Source of the DNA: Camelus dromedarius | Taxonomy: Eukaryota | DNA: 64,000 nt | Direction of reading: 5' to 3' | NCBI RefSeq assembly: GCF_036321535.1 | Contig: NC_087447.1 | Location: 36,396,001 to 36,460,000 of the forward strand | Shown here: positions 39,800 through 54,895 of the stretch, piece by piece | Layout of the letters: each line of letters begins with the position of its first letter | How positions within the stretch are numbered: position 1 is the stretch's first letter | Made by a program: the position numbers and the translations under genes | Notes under the pieces: model-generated | Told to the model about the DNA's origin: nothing | The model's input: the letters and a program-made list of their open reading frames with translations, nothing else | Databases searched by the model: none

Positions 39800-42220
39800 T
39801 AGATTTTATATATTAATCGCAAAATGGATAGAATAGAATTTATAACTTTATGGGAGAGTCAAATATCCATTGTATCCTAGTTACAGAACCTCAGTTTTAT
39901 TTAAGGTGTTTGTGTTCCAGTCAGAAGACTACATTTTCTAAGTAGCAAGGATTCAACATGTGTAAATGCAAAATACACAGGACCTAAGGGGAAACTGACA
40001 GATGACTTTAACACAACCCCTTCAGTAATTTTTCAAGCAGGTCAAATGCAGTAATGATACAGGAAATTTGAAGAATATGATTAATATGTCCAATCCAATG
40101 GACATATGTTACACTCAGCAATTGGGTAATATTTATTATTTTCAAGTATAAATGAGATATATTTCAATATTGAGCATATACTAGGCAGAAAACAATTTTT
40201 GAAATACATTTAAAGTAATACTTTATTTTCTGATCCCAATGTAAGTAAGTTAGAAATCAATAAGAAAAATATAACTAGAAGAAAAATCATATATTTGGAA
40301 AACTTATAAATATCTCAATAATGCATGGGTGTTTAAAAATGTAATCTATTAGAGGATTGTCAAGAATTATGAAGAAGCTGGTATTTTGCTCTGCTTGCAA
40401 GTAAATAAATGAGTCTGACACAGTTTTATGGATCCTGGAAGGATATATGAAATCCTAGATTAGCCAAAAAGGACGGTTTATGACTCTCAGCAACAGCAAT
40501 AGCTAAATCTGGTTATTATGTGTCCCAAGCCTAAAATCCAACACGTGACATGTCAGGGGTCAGGTGATGCTTGCACATAGAGTAGGCTGCAGTACAGAAG
40601 AGGAAACCTAAGCTTTGGGAACCTGAATTTTTCGATCAAGAAAAGCTTCTCATCTTTATGGCTTATCTGAACAATCAATTGTCCTATTAAAACTGAAGAT
40701 GGTCCTGTTGCCTAAAGGAAAGAGGGAAGAATGGACACAGGGTGACAGCAGTTTGTGCTCCAACAGTTCAATACAACAAAAGATTAAAGGAGGAAGACCT
40801 CAGGGGCATATCAATAAATGATGAAAAATTATATGCTAACATTCTGAATTCATTTATGATAAAAATTCTCAACAAATCCAGAACATAAGGGGATATCCTT
40901 AATTTGAGAAAAGATATTACCAAAAACCCTCTTTTAAAGTTCATGTTTGATTTTGCAACGGGAAAGGTATTCCCTTTATAATTAAGAATAAGTCATGGAT
41001 GCTGCCTGTTACCTCTTTTGTACTATGCTATTCAAAGTGTAGTTTATGTGGTATACACAGGGAAAGAACTAAGATATAAAAGGATCATTGTAGATAATAT
41101 GAGTATGTACTTTGAAAACCAAAATTAATCTACAGATACATTATTAGAATCAATAAGATAATTTAGTAGTATTGCTGTGTACAAAATTAGAAAAATAATT
41201 ATATATTTATAAGCTAGCAGCAAAGCATTAGAAAATGGAGCAAAAGATCAATTATAATAGCAAAATAACCCCACACCAAACCCCAAGACTACATCTAGCA
41301 GAAGATGTGCAAAAATCTTTGAGAGTAATATTACAAAACTTTATTGAATAATGTGTTAGTTAGGGTTATGCTGGTTTAACAGATAAACTCCACTTGCCAG
41401 TGGTTTAGTATAGCAGATATTTCTTTCTTTCTCAGGGTAATCCAAAACAGATGTTCTGGATTAGTGGGTGGCTTTCCACCAAATAGAGATTTAGGTACTC
41501 AGGCTCTTCCCATTATTTTGGATCTGCCATATTTAACATGTGGCTTTGAAGGTTACTGTAATAAACAGACATGGAGGATCATGTAAGAGAAGTTGCTAGG
41601 GGTAGGAACTAGCAACTCCTGTGGGCTAGGAGTGGAAATGGTGTGGCTTTACTTTTGCTCCCATTTCATCCACTAGGATTCCATCACTTTGGGATGCTGG
41701 AAATGTAATATAATTCTGTGCTCCAGAACAACAAGATTTTTTGTACAAGTAGCTAATCTTTACCCCAAGTGACATTAGAGAGCAGGGAAATAAATGGAGA
41801 GTGAAATTCCATATGCAGGGTATAGTAGAGGGGGAGAAAATAGAAAAAAAAAAAAAAACAACAAAAAGAACCTTGAGCAATACTTCACTCCATATACAAA
41901 ATTTAACTCAAAATGGATCAAAGACCTAAATATAAAACTTAAATTTATTACGCTGCTATATGAAAACAGGAGAAATTTTGTAAGCTTTGTTTAGACAAAT
42001 ATTTTTTAGATATGACATAATTGCATAGTCAATAAAAGAAAAGAATGATAAATTGGACTTCATCCAATTAAACACTTTTGTGCTTCAAAAGTCACTGTTA
42101 AGAAAAGGGGAAAGCAAACCACAGATTGGGTAAAATATTTCCAAAACTATATGATGTTAAAGGACTTGTATGCAGACCACATAAGGAATTTTCAAAGAAC
42201 AATAATAAGGAAACAAATAA
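39800..42220 (+). mobile_element. Highly decayed L1M ORF2 fragments with nested LTR-like inserts (~40358-40755 ERVL-like; ~41352-41760 MLT1-like)
   Basis: [59 protein letters not shown]. The inserts start TGTCAAG and TGTGTTAGTTAGGGTTATGCTG. Confidence 0.6.
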
Positions 42221-42849
42221 ATTAGGAGATTATTTTTGATAAACATTAGTATTCATAATACATAAAGAATATGTAAAGAACTCTGATATTTCAAGGGCTG
42301 ATTTTGAGATTTGCTACTAATGCTAGGAGGCTATAAAATTTGCTGCCTATTGTGGCTATAGGTCATAGTTTAATTAGGAACTCGCTCAAGTTTTCTTCTC
42401 TGAAATTGATTTCATTGGCTGATCTCTGATATGCTCTTTCTCATTGTACGGCAAAGACCCCCAACCACTGTTGCATGATCTGATTTTGAACTGGGGACTG
42501 CTGGATTAGATGGATATAACTGTAAATATATTAACTAAGTGGGAGAGTAAGGAGAGAGAGAGGAGAAAACAAAATTAAATTTTCTACCAAAAATAAGATT
42601 ATAATCTAAAGTTTAAAACATATGAAAAAATCAAAGTTAAGGCAGACATGTGAAACCAACAAAAATCAACAATTGAAATACAAATGTGTTGCATATGAAA
42701 TTGAATTTGTAAGAGTCTGATAATGGCTTTAAAGTGAGTATGTTTATGATGTCCAAAGAGATAAAATAAAGCATAAAAAAGGATCATAAAATTTGAAACC
42801 ATAATTTGAAGAAATTTAACAAGATATTTGGCATTAACATAATTTTTTA

Positions 42850-44660
42850 TTTGCTGCAAATATATACAAATGCACTAATTTAAAAATATTAACCTTGTAT
42901 CTTGTGACCTTACTAAATTTATCTATTAGATGTCATGATTGGTATATTTCTTAACCTTTAAAAAATATAGTCATAACATCACCAAAGGAAGACAGTTCTA
43001 CTTTTATTTTCTAATCTTCATGCTTTTAATTTCCTCTTCCTGCCATATTGCAATGGCTAGGATCTTCAGTGAAATGTTAAATAGAAGTGAGGAGTCTTCA
43101 TTCAATATTTCACTGTTAAGTATAATGTTATTGTAGCTATCATCTCCTTCTTACTCCCCCACAGATACCTTTTATAAAATTGAGGAAGTTTCCTTTTATT
43201 TCTAATCTTTAAGAATTTTTTAAAATCATGAACTTCAGTTGCATTTTTACAATTTTTTGCATCTGTTAAAATGGTATTTTTTTCTCTTTTATCTGTTAAT
43301 ATGATGAATGTTATTGATTTTTAAAATTTTTTATGGTTTTATTTATCTTATTGATCATTGATGTACAATATAAGTTACAGGTGTACAGTATAGTGACTCA
43401 CAGTTTTAAAGGTTTTACTCCATTTATAGTTACTGTAAAATATTGGCTTTATTCCCTTTATTGTACAATATATCCTTACAGCTTATTTTATACATTATAG
43501 TTTATACCTCTTAATCCCCTATTCCTATATTGCACCTAGTTTGTTTTGTATATCTGTGAGTCAGGTTTTTTTTTTGTTATATTCACTAGTTTATTTATTT
43601 ATTTAACTTTTATTTTTTATTGAAGTGTAGTTGATTTACAATGTTAGTTTCAGGTGTACAACAAAGTGATTCAGTTATACATATACATACTGTATATATG
43701 TATTTTTTTGGATTCTTTTCCGTTATAGCCTATTACAAGAAATTGAATATAGTTCCCTGTGCTATACAGTAGGTCCTTGTTGTTTATCTATTTTATATAT
43801 AGTAGTGTGTATCTGTTAATCCCAAATTCCTAATTTTTCCCTCCCCTCCCCTTTCCCCGTTGGTAACCATAGTTTGTTTTCTATGTCTATGAGTCTATTT
43901 CTGATTTGTAAATAAAATTTGCATCTTTTTTTTGGGTCTCACATAGAAGTGATATCATACAGTGTTTGTCTTCTGTTGTCTGACTTATTTCACTTAGCCT
44001 AATATGCTCTGAGTCCATCCATGCTGCTGCAAATAGCAAAATTTCATTCTTTTTTTATGGGTGAGTAATATTCCATTGTATGTATGTATGTGTGTGTGTG
44101 TGTATATATATAATCACATATTTTTTTACCCAGTCATCTTTTGATAGATACTTAGGTTGCTTCCATATCTTGGCAATTGTAAATAATGCTGCTATGAACT
44201 AGGGGTGCATGTACATTTTCAAATTTGTTGTTTTTTTTTTTTTTTTTTTTTCTGATATATACCCAGGAGTGGAATTGCTGGGTCATATGGTAGTTCTACT
44301 TTTAGTTTTTTGAGAAACCTCCATACTGTTTTCCACAGTGGCTGCACCAATTTACATTCCCACCAACAGTGTACAAGAGTTCCCTTTTCCTCACATTCTC
44401 ACCAACATTTTTTATTTGTGTTCTTTTTGAAGATAGCCATTCTGACAGACGTGAGGTAATATTTCATTTTGATTTTGACTTGCATTTCCCTGATGATTAG
44501 CGATGTTGAGCATCTTTTCATGTGCTTGATGGCCATTTGCATGTCCTCTTTGGAAAAATGTCTACTCAGGTCTACTGCACATTTTTTAATTGGGTTGTTT
44601 GGTTTTTTGATGTTGAGTTGTATGAGCTGTTTAATATATATTTTAGATATTAATCCAACC
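42850..44660 (-). mobile_element. Stack of antisense L1 fragments: old L1M plus two nested younger 3' ends (~43325 and ~43595)
   Basis: Two successive L1 3' termini (TTGATGTACAATAT...; TTGAAGTGTAGTTGATTTACAATG...) followed by antisense ORF2 tail. Confidence 0.85.
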
Positions 44661-44669
44661 TCCTGCTAA

Positions 44670-45256
44670 TAGTCATCCCAGAAAAAGTGAATATGAGATT
44701 GAGTAGGGTAGAAAAAGAAATAATACAAGAAAAGTGTTCAGAACTAAAGGTCATGAATTTTCAGATTGAAAGAGCATCCAGGTGCCCAGGACAATGAATG
44801 AAAAAAGATCCACATCAAGGTACATTATTGTAAAATTTGAAAACAACAGGGATAGAGAAAAGACTACAAGAGTTTCCAGAGAGGAAAAAAAAAGTAGATC
44901 ATGTAGGATGAGGAAAGAGACATTTCAATACCAACACAGAGTCTGGAGTACAATAGAGCACTGCTCACAAAATTCTGAGGGAAAATGATTTCAACTTTGA
45001 TTTCTGTACATAATCAATCTGTCAATTGAATGTCATGAGGGATAGATAAATTTTTAGGTATGCAACAACTGAACTTTATTTCTCATGTATTCTTTTTGTT
45101 AAAGAAGTTACTAGAGAATGTACTTCAATAAAATAAGTAAACCAAGAAAAAAAGGAAGACATGGAACCCAACACAAGAAAGCATAAAGGCAAATACCAGG
45201 ATGACTTATCTAAAGGCATAAGGAGTAATCAGTCTGAATTTGAGCTGAAAGACAGA
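44670..45256 (+). mobile_element. Old L1ME ORF1-like remnant
   Basis: Peptide STSRYIIVKFENNRDREK in ORF 44782..44988. Confidence 0.65.
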
Positions 45257-45261
45257 GTTTA

Positions 45262-45427
45262 TGTATTAGTCTGGGTTCTCCAGAGAAACAGAACGAATAA
45301 GATGTATATGTATGTATGTATGTGTGTGTGTGTGTGTATATATAATATCTAAATATTTTATATATATACATATATAATATCTAAAATATATATACACACA
45401 CACATACATATACATCTTATTTGTTCT

Positions 45428-45489
<62 letters not shown>

Positions 45490-45910
45490 TACAGAAAGAG
45501 ATTTATTATAGGGAATTAGCTCACATGATTACAGAGGCTGAAAGGTTGAAAATGTGCAGGGGGAGCTGACTGGTTGGAGACCCTTGAGAGCTGATGCCTC
45601 AGTTCTAGTCCAGAGGCCATTAAGTTGGAGACCCAGAAAGGCTGATGTTTCAGTTCAAGTCTGAAATCTGTCTGCTAGAGAATCCTCTCTTACTCAGAGG
45701 GTCAGCCTTTTTTAAAATTTTTTTATTTTTGTGTTCTATTTAGGTCTTCTACTGGTTGGATGAGACTCACCCACATTGGAGGGCAATTTGCTTTACTCAA
45801 AGTTAATCTTATCCCAAAACACCTTCATGGAAACTCCCAGAAAAATGTTCACCCAATTATATCTGGGCACTGTGGCCCAGCAAAATCAACACATAAAATT
45901 AATCATTACA
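45262..45910 (-). mobile_element. ERVL MLT2-like solo LTR with internal microsatellites
   Basis: TGTATTAGTCTGGGTTCTCCAGAGAAACAGAAC...ACATAAAATTAATCATTACA, with TSD GTTTA/GTTTC. Confidence 0.88.
45431..45483. repeat. (AT)n microsatellite, ~26 units
   Basis: Direct reading. Confidence 0.95.
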
Positions 45911-48900
45911 GTTTCCAAGGAAAATTTTAATCTGATATATTTGACAATTTGGAAAACAATACCGATAGGCAAAAACATGTGGATAAGGCGATGATAGTTC
46001 CATAAAAGTAAGTAAATTGTTGCAAATAGGCTTTTAATAAGGAAGAACAAAAATATGTAAAATAAATGATGTTTATTTATAGTATACTACTTGGCTCAGC
46101 CATAAACCAGATTTACTTTGTGTAATAAAGCATTGACTTGATTTAGAGTCAGTGAGTTGTTACATAATTAAATTGGGAGGATGGGAGAGATGCTATATAA
46201 GGATTAAACACTCACCTGTAAAATAAGAAGACAATAGAGAAAATAGCTAAAATTTTAAAATTAAAAATCAGTTTATGTACAAAGCTTAAAATATACTTAT
46301 AAGCACATAATTTAGAAATGTACAGTTAAATACTAAAAGACTTGAAAATGAAAAGACTTGAAAGTGCTTGTCTTTAGGTTATGTAAATGGGATGAGGAAG
46401 GGTGTGGCAAAGATCCATTGTTTTATAATATAAGCTTTTAAGTAAAATTCTACTTTTACCTTTTTCAAGCATTACTTTAACAAAAATGAAAATTAATTAA
46501 AAATTAAAAACAAAGTATGTACAGGATGACTTGGCAATGATCCTTTCAGTGATTGTCATAAGTAAGTGAAAACATGTACATTCCTAGCTCCAAAAAGAAA
46601 TCATATCCTGGACAAAAAAGTAGTCACATCAGATAATTTCATACTAGCTTTAAAAGAAATATGAAGATTTCTGTCTTTTTTTCTGATTGAATTTCATAAG
46701 ACTCTCTGTGTATAGGCATTCTTAGGATATCTGCTATAGGGAGATGCTTTTATTTTCTGTGAATGTAGAAGTAGTACTTAGGCCCTAGAAATGACTTAGA
46801 ATGCAGGATTATTAATAGATGTATTAAAGGGGACTACAAACTTGGCAGTCTGAAAAAAATTCTGCAGTTGAATGATTTGTATAAATTATTTTAGAAACTG
46901 ATTTATTAAACTATATGCTGGTCTTTAGTTTAGGGTAGTGTCTATATATACATAGTCAACAAGAACAAAATTGTAATATTAAGACAATCTGATACTGTAG
47001 GTCATCTCTAAGTACAGCTCTATACTCTCTGGAATATTATTCCCACTACTTCTAGGTTGTATTTGCCTTTTGTGACATTGGAGTAACTGTGCATTTCAAT
47101 GTATCTGATGCATCTTTCAGTACATCTGTTGGTATGACTTGTGATGATTGTGAACTGTGAGCTCATGGAATCCAGAGACTGTGATTCCTTTTCTTACTCT
47201 TCTTAGATCTTAGCACCCATGCCTTGCACATTTGGATATAGCTTGGATACATTTTTCTTAGTTCTTCATTTTAAGATTTTTGGCTTACTTAAGGATACCT
47301 CAAAGTAATTGTAAGCAGTACATGAGCACTCTGTATATAACTATAGAGCTGTAGAATATTAGCTGTGGTATGTATAACTTTGTGTGTGAAATACTAATTG
47401 CAAACAGACCAAAACCAAGTTTGCTAATTGCAGGACATATCTTACTAAAGTTTCCAAGATGAAATATTGAACATGTTGGTAGAAAAAAAAATTAGATTTC
47501 ATGCTCTTCCAAATATAGGCACACAGTTGAAAACAGAATGAGAAAGTTCACATTTCAGGTGCTCAGATTTGTCAAATGATAAAAGGGAAATAGTATTTTT
47601 AATCACTGTGCAGAAATAATTTGTGAAACAGTGGGAAATATATTAAAAGTAAGAACAACTACACAAAATTGTAATATGGTGACTGAGTGGCTCAAACAAA
47701 ATTATGGCAAAAAGAGTTAATGAAATTAAAAGAAAATGAGTAGGTCCTGTAACATATTGTCCAGATCAGACCAATATGGCCCTATTTCAGAAAAGGTGGG
47801 TTGGTACTTCATTTTCCTATTTCTATATTTGGAAAAATCACAAAATTGCTAACATTTTGAGTCAAAAGATTAAAAAGTAAAAATAAAACAATTATATTTG
47901 ATCACCTATCCCACACACATATGTGTATAGTCTTATTGATATTAAATGTAATATCTTGATTTTGATGAAACCTTGAACATATCTTACACTTAAAGAGTTT
48001 TCCACTGCTGACTATTACAGTGTATTCCATTTCCTGCCACCCAGGAAGTCATTGCAATTTTCTCCATTATCCTGTCCGGACAGATAATGTATGCTCACAA
48101 GAAAATATCAGTGATAAAATTGTCTCATTGACTATGCAAAATTATTTCTTAAACATTAATAGATAAAATATTATTTTAGAAATACTTTAAAAAGAGAATA
48201 GGAGCAAAAACATTGGAATCTTACTCATAAAACTTAATATATATATAAGAGATTTTGCACAACTATTGATTTTGAACATCGAAGTCATTTCTCCCTATTG
48301 TATAGTATATTAAACCTGAGTTTTAAGGGTAGGGTAATAGAAGTCTGTTGATGATTTTAACAATCTTTAAACTAAAATAATAATTTCAAGAACCAAAATG
48401 TTGCTAGTTCAAGGTGGATTCTTTGTTCCTTATGTTTAATAAGTGTCACATGTCTAACGTAATTTGAAATGTTCATGTAAATAATCAGCTTAATATTTAA
48501 AAAACTTTAATTGAATGAAGTCAAATACATGAATATATTTCATACTTTATAATTTGGATGACAATTCAAGCTTCAGTAAATTACATTCAATTTCAATAAT
48601 AATATTCATATAAATGTCTATGAGTTACTGAATAGTTAATAAAATTTTAAGGACAAGTAATTATCTTCTGTTGCATTTTTCATATTAAACAAAATTTTAA
48701 TTTAAAATGTAAATTTTTAATACATTCAGGATTTTTCCTAATTAGATATTTTTGCTCAGTTTATGTCATCCAGGTACTGTTACATATTGCACCTGTTGCA
48801 ATATACCTATTTTCTTTCTTTTTTCAAAAATATATTTTCCATTTTGACTAATTAGAAAATATCAGGGGTAAATTTAGAAAATAATCCACCTGGGCAGTAA

Positions 48901-50899
48901 AAACACTATATTTCTGTTATTTATTAAGCTATATTTATTCTCTGTTGAATAAGAACAAGAAACAACATGGACAATAACCAAAATGAGAACTTACCTACTA
49001 TCTGTAGTGGATATCATATATACAGTTCCTGTACTGAAGACAGGAGATAAATGCTTCATGAAGAAGATTTATTATTAAGATTTAGTTTCACTAAATAAAA
49101 ATACACAAACTAATATTTAAAAAAATAAACATTTTTAAAGAGCCTAGCACGGTGCTTGGTTCAAGAAATAGTAATATATCCAAAACATCAGTTATATTTT
49201 AAGTGTTTTTTTGGTAACATAGGCCCATGATTATGACATACAACTTTTAAAGTATTCATTTGACATTTTCCAATATAATACTAGATATATTAGATGATAC
49301 TGTTATTGCCTTGCAGGGTCACATGATTTTCAATTGTATCATTATATTTTCTCACAATGGTGATGTAGTAGTTAATGTGGTTGGTTGTGTAGACAGCTAA
49401 CACCTGGCTTACTCAGACTAACACTTTCACACCAATAAGTAAAACTTGGTAGGATAGATTGTCTAATACACAGATCTGTAGTTATAGTGTTAAGAAGTCC
49501 TTGTTATTATGAATGTGCATTATGAGTATATTGTACACAATCCTGGTATGCAAATGTGTAGCATTCAGAGAAGTGAAATAATTCTGTGTTATTATTATCT
49601 TTGTAAATTACATCTTAAGAGTTTTTGAGGACTTTATGAAGGCAGTTTTCTATAGTCACAGTCATACAGTATGTGAAGCACAGAGTGTTTTCTTTCACTA
49701 TTAACAATAACTGAGCCAATGAAAACGCTTTTTAAATATACACCCGACAAGCAGTTATCTGGCTCTTCGTTCTTACTATCCACAAACCATCTTTTACCGT
49801 CTTTTAAGACAGCAAATGAAACAGCTTTGTAAACATCTGTTTTTCATTGTTAATTGTCAGGAAAACTAGGGATTTAAATGCTTCTTCGGAATCCTCTTAA
49901 TCCTATCAAGAAGAATAAGTTATATATGGTTATCTTTTCTTCTTTAGATTGTTTCTTATCATTTGAAGAAAAATACACATACTGTCTTCATTTATTTCCT
50001 AAAAATTACTTTTAGGATTATAATATTTTATAGCTATTTTGAGGACATTGCTTTATAGAAATTAATTGAAATTATTAGCAATATAGGTTATACTGTAACT
50101 AAAAAAGATGCGTGATAAATATAGATTTAAATATAGTGTGCCTTTTCAAATCATTTTCAGAATTTTCTTAGGCATATTCCATTTCAAAATGTGAAATGAT
50201 AGAAAATATAAGAAAAAGGTATGTGTTAGTCAAAGAATAGATTAATTTAGAGCTCCAAATCTCTTTCCATATTTATTCTTTAGGAAATATATGCTTTATT
50301 TTCATGGGCTCTTTCTGTTTCAATAATCAAGCCATTAATGTCAGTGGAATATTTCTGGCAGTGATCTACTAAGAAGGCTTTTGCAATAATACATTGCGTC
50401 TTCCTTCTAAGTGAAAAGGATCTGTTGCAATAATTACTTTAAAAATATTAAAATTCTGCTCTACTTGTTTTGAATTTATAATGTAAAAGCAAATGCACCT
50501 ATCTCTTGAGAACAGAGAGAGCATTCATAATTTAATAATTAAGTAATTTAATAACCAATAATTTTTGTTACCTATAAATAAACCTAAGTAACAAGAGTAT
50601 GGAATACTAAGAGAAGTAGCTGATTGTTAATGAAAACTTTTTTTTTCAGAATGTACCCAGTTAAAAACATTTTATAACCTTTATTAAATTGCTATCCTTT
50701 CATGCAATTAGAATGCATTGTGCATTTTTCTTCTGTAAAAGGCTTGTAATTTATTAGTTTCTAAACTGGATAAACTGGAAACTCATTATTCGCTATTTAT
50801 ATTGCTTTTCGGTCTTTGCTTTTCAAACTTGTATTGAAGTGATGTAGAACTAGGCCCTATCACTGCATATAAAATTAATTGAAATGACATATTGTTGCA

Positions 50900-50913
50900 G
50901 TTTCTATGGCAAC
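50900..50913. promoter_or_regulatory. RFX X-box motif
   Basis: GTTTCTATGGCAAC versus consensus GTTNCCATGGNAAC (1 mismatch). Confidence 0.5.
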
Positions 50914-53900
50914 CATATCATGATGCTGATGCTCTTAAAAATTTATAAACTATAATCTGAAATATGCTAATTCTAGTGAACATAGTTAACACTTATTTGC
51001 TTAATATTCAGTTTAGTACTAAACTTCATCAACTTTGAAAGTAGGTTGATAACATATTGTATACAATTAAAAGAGGTTTTGTTTTGAGCTCTTGAGTTTA
51101 AATATTTTCTCCAGGAGACTACTATTCTTGAACTTTAAGTATGAATAAGTGAAACTTTTCACTTATTATTGTCTTAAAGAGACATGAATTAACATGAAGA
51201 AGATCATTGCTGCAGATTCCCAATGTTGTTGTCCTCCCCTTTCCCCTGACTTAAAACATATTTGAACCTCATGCAAAACATCTTGATGCAAAGTTGAAAA
51301 TTCAGTAAAGTCCAATGAGTTATTTAAATAATAGCAAACATCCAGATACTTGGAACACTGATTTGTTTTTTAGCCTTTATTTGTTAGTTTGACTTTAGGT
51401 AGATAATATTTTTATCTTGTATGTACAACTATGATACATGTTGGAGACATAAAACTTAGTAAGTTATAGAATAATTTTGCATAGCAATTACATTAAAGAC
51501 TGATTTGAAGTTATGGTCTGAAGTTTCTTCTAGAACTCCTTTAAAAGTAAAATGTGCAAAATATGTTATTTGGAATTGATTTGTAACTATGGATTCTGTT
51601 TTTAAATAAAGCTTTTTAAAGATATATCTTTTGACAAATCAGAAAAGCATTTTAAAGTGTGATAGTTTGTTGGATAATAAAAATATGTGAGGTAACTTAA
51701 ATAGTATATACCAAATAAAATGAATTAACATCACATGTAATTATCAAATGTACTTATATTGAAAAGAATACTTCTGCTGATATATTTGGTAAAAAATAAT
51801 TTTCAGTATATATATAATAGACTTTTACTTAATATTTATTAAATTATAAAAGTGCCAAAGATAGAGCCTTAGTTAACACATTTAATTATTTGGTTTTTGC
51901 ATATTAGGTCCTCAATAAATATTTTAATATGAATTAAAAATATGGAAAACAGCAAAATCTTCAACATGAATGTGACATTTAAACACAAACACACAAAAAA
52001 TCCTCTATTTAGAAATTTTAAAAATAGCAATCTGGAATTTGGAAGAAAGACTTTTAAGTAACAAATTTTAAAATTATATAATTTAGTCAAATTCAGGTTT
52101 TAAAAACAATGCTAATGCATAATAATACATAAAGCACAAAATTTCTGAGGTAAATTATCAAACTTTTAAAGGCTAGTAATATTAGTAGATTATTGTTTTA
52201 TTGTTTGATATTTATCAGTGAACAGTTTTACAGCATTTTTTTGTGTCCCTTGCTTGTCTTTTATTAGGCATTGGAATGGATCTACATGATTTACAAAATG
52301 TTTCTAGTGTGGCTAAAATATATAGTGAATGGAGTGGTAATTATCTTAGCTAATTGTAAACCTTAGTTTGGCAAGAAGTAAATATTTCTTTAAACAGAGA
52401 GTGGCACATAGGAAGGAATGCAAATGCTTGAGCAATATTCCTTGATGATGACAAGGTAACAATATTTCAGAAGGATCCTGTCGTGTGAGATTCTTTGAAT
52501 TTTAGTGAATAAAGTTTATTTCTGTGGTTGATTATACTATAACTCTTCATCATATTTTTACTGTCTGTGGTTTTTGCAATATTCATGCTTACCTGTGTAA
52601 TTATCTAGATCACTTTTAGTTAGAAAAATAATTCTGTGTATCACTGTAAGATAAACATTTGGATGACTGATAAAAATTTCATTTTTCATACAGATCTTTT
52701 AGTGGCATTAGTTTTGGCAGCCTTAAGCTATAAAACAGTCATTACTTTAATAAATAATTTTCTTTCAGATAGCATTTCAAAACTATTAGATATGGCATTT
52801 AACAATATTTAGGTCTGATGTGTATTTTAAGGAGGAAATTGGTAGAGGTTTATCATTTTCTGATTTCTACCACATTCCTTCTTAGTTGGTTTTATTTCAC
52901 TGTATTTTGCCATTGATTTTCTATTTATAGTAAAGTGAAGCATATGTGCTGAATAGCGATAACTTCTCCTATGTTGTTAGGATTTTGATTTAAAGATCAT
53001 GGAATTGGTGCCTGACTGCACATGTGCCATGTGTTTCAGTTTCATAGTCATTGGCCTTTGATTTGATTTTTCTTTGTGAGGTTTCTACCCAGGCTTAGTT
53101 TCTGCCAGTTACAGTAGACTTCATGTATATATCCCTTCCATTTAAGAGATGAACTGCCAGGATTATGTGTGGTAAAACCAAGGTCCCTCTGAGATAAGGC
53201 TCTGGGGGCAATTCTTCCATGAGGTTGGCCCACCCCACTACATCTAAGAAATGAGATGATTTGAGGGCTATTACATGCTTGAGGTTTTCATAGTGGATTA
53301 GAATAGCATTACTTAGCACAGGTGTTTCTATAATTGGGATTCCCTGGGAAAATTCAGTACTGTATTCAATAACACTCAGCTTTCCACATGAGTGGAGGAG
53401 TGATCCAAGGTTAATTTGCTAGGTGGTGGCATGAAACAGGGGGATGGGGTCTGGCTGGGGGCCTGTTGCTTCTCTTCTTTGAAGAGACATTTCCTGTTGT
53501 CCATCATTAGCACTATGTTGCTGTGTTTCTCTTTAAAAAATATATTTCAATAATAATAAAATATAATAATTATTATTCTGAGCAAAATACTGAAACGCCC
53601 AAGTTGAAGTCAGCAAGGGATGACTTGTAGCCTCATATAGCACAAGATCGTCCCTGAGTGTCCTCTTTCTGGAGATAAATAAAATTCTTCTTCTTCTCCT
53701 TTTTTAAAGCATTACATTTAAACAATGTGTGCGCTGAAGTAACAGGGAAACGACTGAGGCATCCTTGGGACAGTTCACGGAGAAGGATAGACTTGGAGTG
53801 GCCTTGCAGACGTCCTTAAGCATTGGAGGCAGTGTCCAGGCATAACAAAGAACAACCGCAAGTTATTTCAGAATTTAGCTAGGGTATTCTTAAGCCTGGA

Positions 53901-54059
53901 TCCTTGTAATGCGAGGCGTGAGTACAGGAAGAACGCTGTGCGAAAAAGGGTTTCAATAGAGGTAGGTGTGGGAAAGTTGAAAATCGCTGATATAATTAGC
54001 AATCATTACTATTTTACCAAATCCACTGTTAGACAATCAGAAGGACTGACTTCCTGAGA

Positions 54060-54856
54060 AATGGGCGACTATAGGGCTAAGTGTTCAGCCCTCGCAGCAG
54101 GCGGCTGGGTTGCCAGAGCACAGCTTATGCACGCAGCTCTCTTCCGGAAGCCCCCTGCTAGTGACCTCGGATCTGGCCGCGTCCCGGAGTCCCTTTGTCT
54201 CCTGTCCCGAGGGTGGAGAGCAAGCGGGAGAGGAGCCCTGGGGAGTGCGGAGCTCGAGCTGAGCCGAGGTCACTACAGAAGGGAGCTGGGTCCTCAGTCG
54301 GGACCTGAGCTGCTGCTACGCCTCTCCAAGGCTGCCTCCACCCACCGCTACTGCCCTGGGAGTTTGTGCTTGAAGTTTCAGGGCAGCAGCGCCTGCCTTG
54401 GAGCTGCAGACTCTTTGGCCTGTAGCTTTGTACTTTGCTAGAAGAGTGCTCTTTTGCTCGGTTCTCGGCTCTTGGTTTCAGCTAACTTGCAGATACAGCC
54501 CTCACTCTTCTCAGCCCAGGTCTCAGAGGGCAAGCCATGCCTCGCTCAGACGGTCCGTTCGCGGGGTGCCCTCCTTTTGCTTTCCTTTAAAGCAGTCCCC
54601 GGCGGTCTCCAAGGCTGCCGGGCCGGTGTCAGCCGGGTTGGTCTCGACAACCAGAAGCCGGGCGCAGTCTTCCGCTCGACCTCAAGGTGGCGACTTAGGC
54701 ACGTAAACAAAGCTCGGCCAAGCCGGACGGTTGGCACCCTCGCGGTTCATCCACGTATCACCCTAGTTTTCCCGCTGCTCTCAAGCAGGCTGAATTGACT
54801 GTTAAAGGGACTTGAGTTGAGATGAGGAGTTCGGCCAGAACAGCAGAATGAGTGTG

Positions 54857-54895
<39 letters not shown>

